DNA of 61,134 bases, taken from positions 1 to 61,134 of the forward strand of contig NIVC01002469.1 of NCBI GenBank assembly GCA_002269645.1, written 5' to 3'. A program made the position numbers and the translations under genes. Origin of the DNA: Macrostomum lignano (lineage: Eukaryota). Positions 58,386 to 61,134 of the stretch are shown here, piece after piece (the stretch's first letter is position 1; every line of letters begins with the position of its first letter). The notes below the pieces were generated by a model. The model had not been told where the DNA came from. It was given only the letters and a program-made list of their open reading frames with translations, and did not search any database.

Positions 58386-59525
58386 TTTTCTGCTTCTGTT
58401 TGGCCTGTTTCTTCTGCTTCTTTAGCTTTCTGTCCCTCCTAGCCCGGGGCAGGCGCAGGCCTTTTGTATCACCTGAGCGGCTGGCCTGGAGCGGAGGAGG
58501 GAGAGACGTTGCGTTGCGCAAATCTGTTGGCCTGTCGGAGGGAATCGCGTTGCGTCACACCCGCGCTGACCCTGGGGCGAACCCGAGGCCCCAAGTGTTG
58601 AATAATAGAATGATGGCTGTTGCTTGCGCTCGGCAGTGCGGCCCGGGTGCAGTGGGGGCTGTTCAGGCCCAGCTGACTCGCTTGTGTGCTGTGTGCTTGT
58701 GGGCCGTTCGCTTTCGTGCAAATCCAACCCGCCTGTCCAGCCAGGCTTTGCGCGGGGCAAAAATTACCCGCTAGAAAATGGAGACGACCCTCAGTTCCCC
58801 TCCCTGCTCCCCTCCTACAACAGCCTACCCCAGGCTTCCCCCCCCCTCCGCTCCAGCGCTCTCCCTATCTATCCAACTCTCCCTGTGAGCGTTCTCATTG
58901 TCAGGCCACGCTTTTGCTGCCTCTTGCTGACTTTGCGCCGCAGCCAATGAGGTGGCAGGGCGTGTTGCACACCCCCTCTCTCTCCCCCTCTCTCTCCCCC
59001 TCTCTCTCTCTTCTGGAGACTCTCCTCCCCTTAGCACTTTCATTCAGTGAGCCAAGTGCACAAACACGACATTTTTGGCCAGTGTCACGGTCAACACTTT
59101 TCTGCCAGCGTGGTGACAGTCAGAAAGTCTGATCTTCTATTAAGAAAAGAAGAGAAAGCGAAATGAAAGAAAACTGAGAAGCCCAATGAGCGCCCCAAAA
59201 ATCCGGCTAGAAATTTTGAGCTGAGAGACGCAGTAATGTAAGCAAATCTTGGGCAGGAAATTCTGTGCTGAACCAAGCTTTGCTTTGCGGCTTTAATCCC
59301 CCCTAAGTGTTTTTATTAAGGAAAATTTCGGAGTTACCTTCGAAACACAACAACCCATAGGACATGAAATTTCGTGATTTAAAAAAATCCAAAATCGCTC
59401 AAGCACGAGGGAAAAAGTGAAAACTGTTAAAATTTGAAATTTTAGCAATGCGCAAAGTTAGCTACTTGCAGTCGCATATTTAGCAAAGTTTAACACGATT
59501 TTTTTTTCAACAGCTATCGAACGCG

Positions 59526-60581
59526 TCAAAGTCCCTTGGTGATGCTCATGGAGATGATTTTGTACACCGAGAACAGAATTCCTAGCGACAGCAATGTGGG
59601 AATTATAATGGCAGCTGCCTGGCTGCTGCCGCTCAGGTAGGTGCGCAAGTTCTGCTCCATCACAGCCTGCGAGTCGGTTGTGACTGCCGCCTCTGCTGTT
59701 GCTGTGGGTGCTGTAGTTGTTGTGGTGGGTTGTGTAGTTGTTGTGGTGGGTGTTGTAGTTGTTGTTGTGGGTTGTGTAGTTGTTGTGGTGGGTTGTGTAG
59801 TTGTTGCTGTGGGTGGTGTAGTTGTTGTGGTGGGTTGTGTAGTTGTTGTGGTGGGTTGTGTAGTTGTTGTGGTGGGTTGTGTAGTTTTTGTGGTGGGTTG
59901 TGTAGTTGTTGTGGTGGGTGGTGTAGTTGTTGCTGTGGGTGTTGTAGTTGTTGTGGTGGGTGGTGTAGTTGTTGCTGTGGGTGTTGTAGTTGTTGTGGTG
60001 GGTTCTGTAGTTGTGGTGGGTTGTGTAGTTGTTGCTGTGGGTGTTGTAGTTGTTGTGGTGGGTTCTGTAGTTGTTGTGGTGGGTTGTGTAGTTGTTGCTG
60101 TGGGTGGTGTAGTTGTTGTGGTGGGTTGTGTAGTTGTTGTGGTGGGTTGTGTAGTTGTTGTGGTGGGTTGTGTAGTTGTTGTGGTGGGTTGTCTAGTTGT
60201 TGTGATGGGTGGTGTAGTTGTTGCTGTGGGTGTTGTAGTTGTTGTGGTGGGTTCTGTAGTTGTGATGGGTGTTGTGCCAGGTGTCGGGGTTGGCGTGTTA
60301 GATGTTGTCATAGCAGTGTTAACCAGGGTCGTCGCTGCAGTAGGCTGTGTGGGTGTTCCATCAGACACAGTAGCCATTGTGGTAGACACCGCAGACGCAG
60401 GTGGGTCGGTGCTCATCGCAGTGGTGGCAGAGTCTGTCTTCACGTTTGATTCCAAAGAAGCCGAGCTGCCCGGGCCCTCAGTCTGTGTCGTCTGAGCATC
60501 GACTGTTGTGGAAGTCAACGACCTGACGGGCCTCTGTATAACCAGCAGCAGCAGCAGCAGTGTGCAAAGTTCACTGCTCAT
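59526..60581 (-). CDS. Thr/Pro-rich mucin-like protein with signal peptide and C-terminal hydrophobic anchor, 351 aa
   Basis: MSSELCTLLLLLLVIQRPVRS signal-like start; frame-preserving TTTTQP repeats; AAAIIIPTLLSLGILFSVY hydrophobic segment. Confidence 0.85.
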   Translation of the reverse strand: MSSELCTLLLLLLVIQRPVRSLTSTTVDAQTTQTEGPGSSASLESNVKTDSATTAMSTDPPASAVSTTMATVSDGTPTQPTAATTLVNTAMTTSNTPTPTPGTTPITTTEPTTTTTTPTATTTPPITTTRQPTTTTTQPTTTTTQPTTTTTQPTTTTTPPTATTTQPTTTTTEPTTTTTTPTATTTQPTTTTEPTTTTTTPTATTTPPTTTTTTPTATTTPPTTTTTQPTTKTTQPTTTTTQPTTTTTQPTTTTTPPTATTTQPTTTTTQPTTTTTTPTTTTTQPTTTTTAPTATAEAAVTTDSQAVMEQNLRTYLSGSSQAAAIIIPTLLSLGILFSVYKIISMSITKGL

Positions 60582-60959
60582 GTTTGAGGCCTTTGGGACT
60601 ACTGAGTATGATCTGAGCAGGATGCTGGCAGAGAAGACTAACGCGTTACAAACGAGTGGGCCTAAGTGCTTATGTATGCGGAATGCAATTAACCAATTAA
60701 CTGTGCATTGGTTTGCCAAATTCAATCAAATCACGGGGCTTCTATTGTCTTCAAGTCTGGAAAAAACAAAGGATCAGTGCGTGTGGATTGGATTGGTGCT
60801 CTCATCAGATTTCCCAATGACGATATATTGACTGCATGGTTAACTGGTATTGGCGACTCCTGTGAGATCAAGAGATCACGTGACGTCTTCTCAAAGAGCA
60901 GAAGATTTATATTTATAAATTGGCTAAAAGAACCGACAGAAGAGTTCAAGAAACAGACG

Positions 60960-61134
60960 GTCGTGGGTGGTGTATTTGTGTGTGTGGGTGGTGTATTTGT
61001 AGGTGGTGGGTGGTGTATTTGTGGTGGTGGGTGGTGTATTTGTGGTGGCGGTGGTGTATTTTGTGGTGGTGGGTGGTGTATTTGTGGTGGTGGGTGGTGT
61101 ATTTGTGGTGTGTGGGTGTGTGTATTTGTGGTGT
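60960..61134. repeat. ~21-bp GT-rich repeat (GTGGTGGGTGGTGTATTT), runs off the window
   Basis: Direct. Confidence 0.9.

Noticed and set aside
59641-60495. Val-rich and Cys/Gly-rich (metallothionein- or keratin-associated-like) plus-strand ORFs
   Set aside because: Antisense frames of the Thr-rich mucin repeat; the minus frame has the signal peptide and anchor.

Overview
Eukaryotic (metazoan) genomic window with GC-rich, Ala/Gln-run-rich exons, GT-AG introns and dense intronic mini/microsatellites. This style fits a Macrostomum-like flatworm (inference only). Hand-spliced genes: (1) a vesicular monoamine transporter (VMAT/SLC18A, minus strand, 4218-11989, ~605 aa) with two tandem, homologous 93-nt versions of the TM4-TM5 exon, i.e. 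candidate mutually exclusive exons; (2) an unknown minus-strand ORF with a PP1-docking RVxF motif; (3) a synaptotagmin-like/Slp protein with tandem C2 domains (plus strand); (4) TRAP-gamma/SSR3 (minus, 2 exons); (5) a small acidic prothymosin-like ORF; (6) an OATP/SLCO transporter (minus, 4 coding exons); (7) a Thr-rich mucin-like membrane protein. Mobile DNA: an intact D,D34D mariner with TIRs and TA duplication; a complete Ty3/gypsy retrotransposon (identical-looking 315-bp LTRs, GCTA TSD, tRNA-Arg-like PBS, -1 slippery site); two tRNA-derived CORE-type SINEs, one interrupted by a hAT-like MITE; several other MITEs; and a Helitron-like remnant. Several minisatellites are tandem amplifications of the adjacent real splice site. 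All coordinates and splice models were read by eye and need RNA-seq confirmation.
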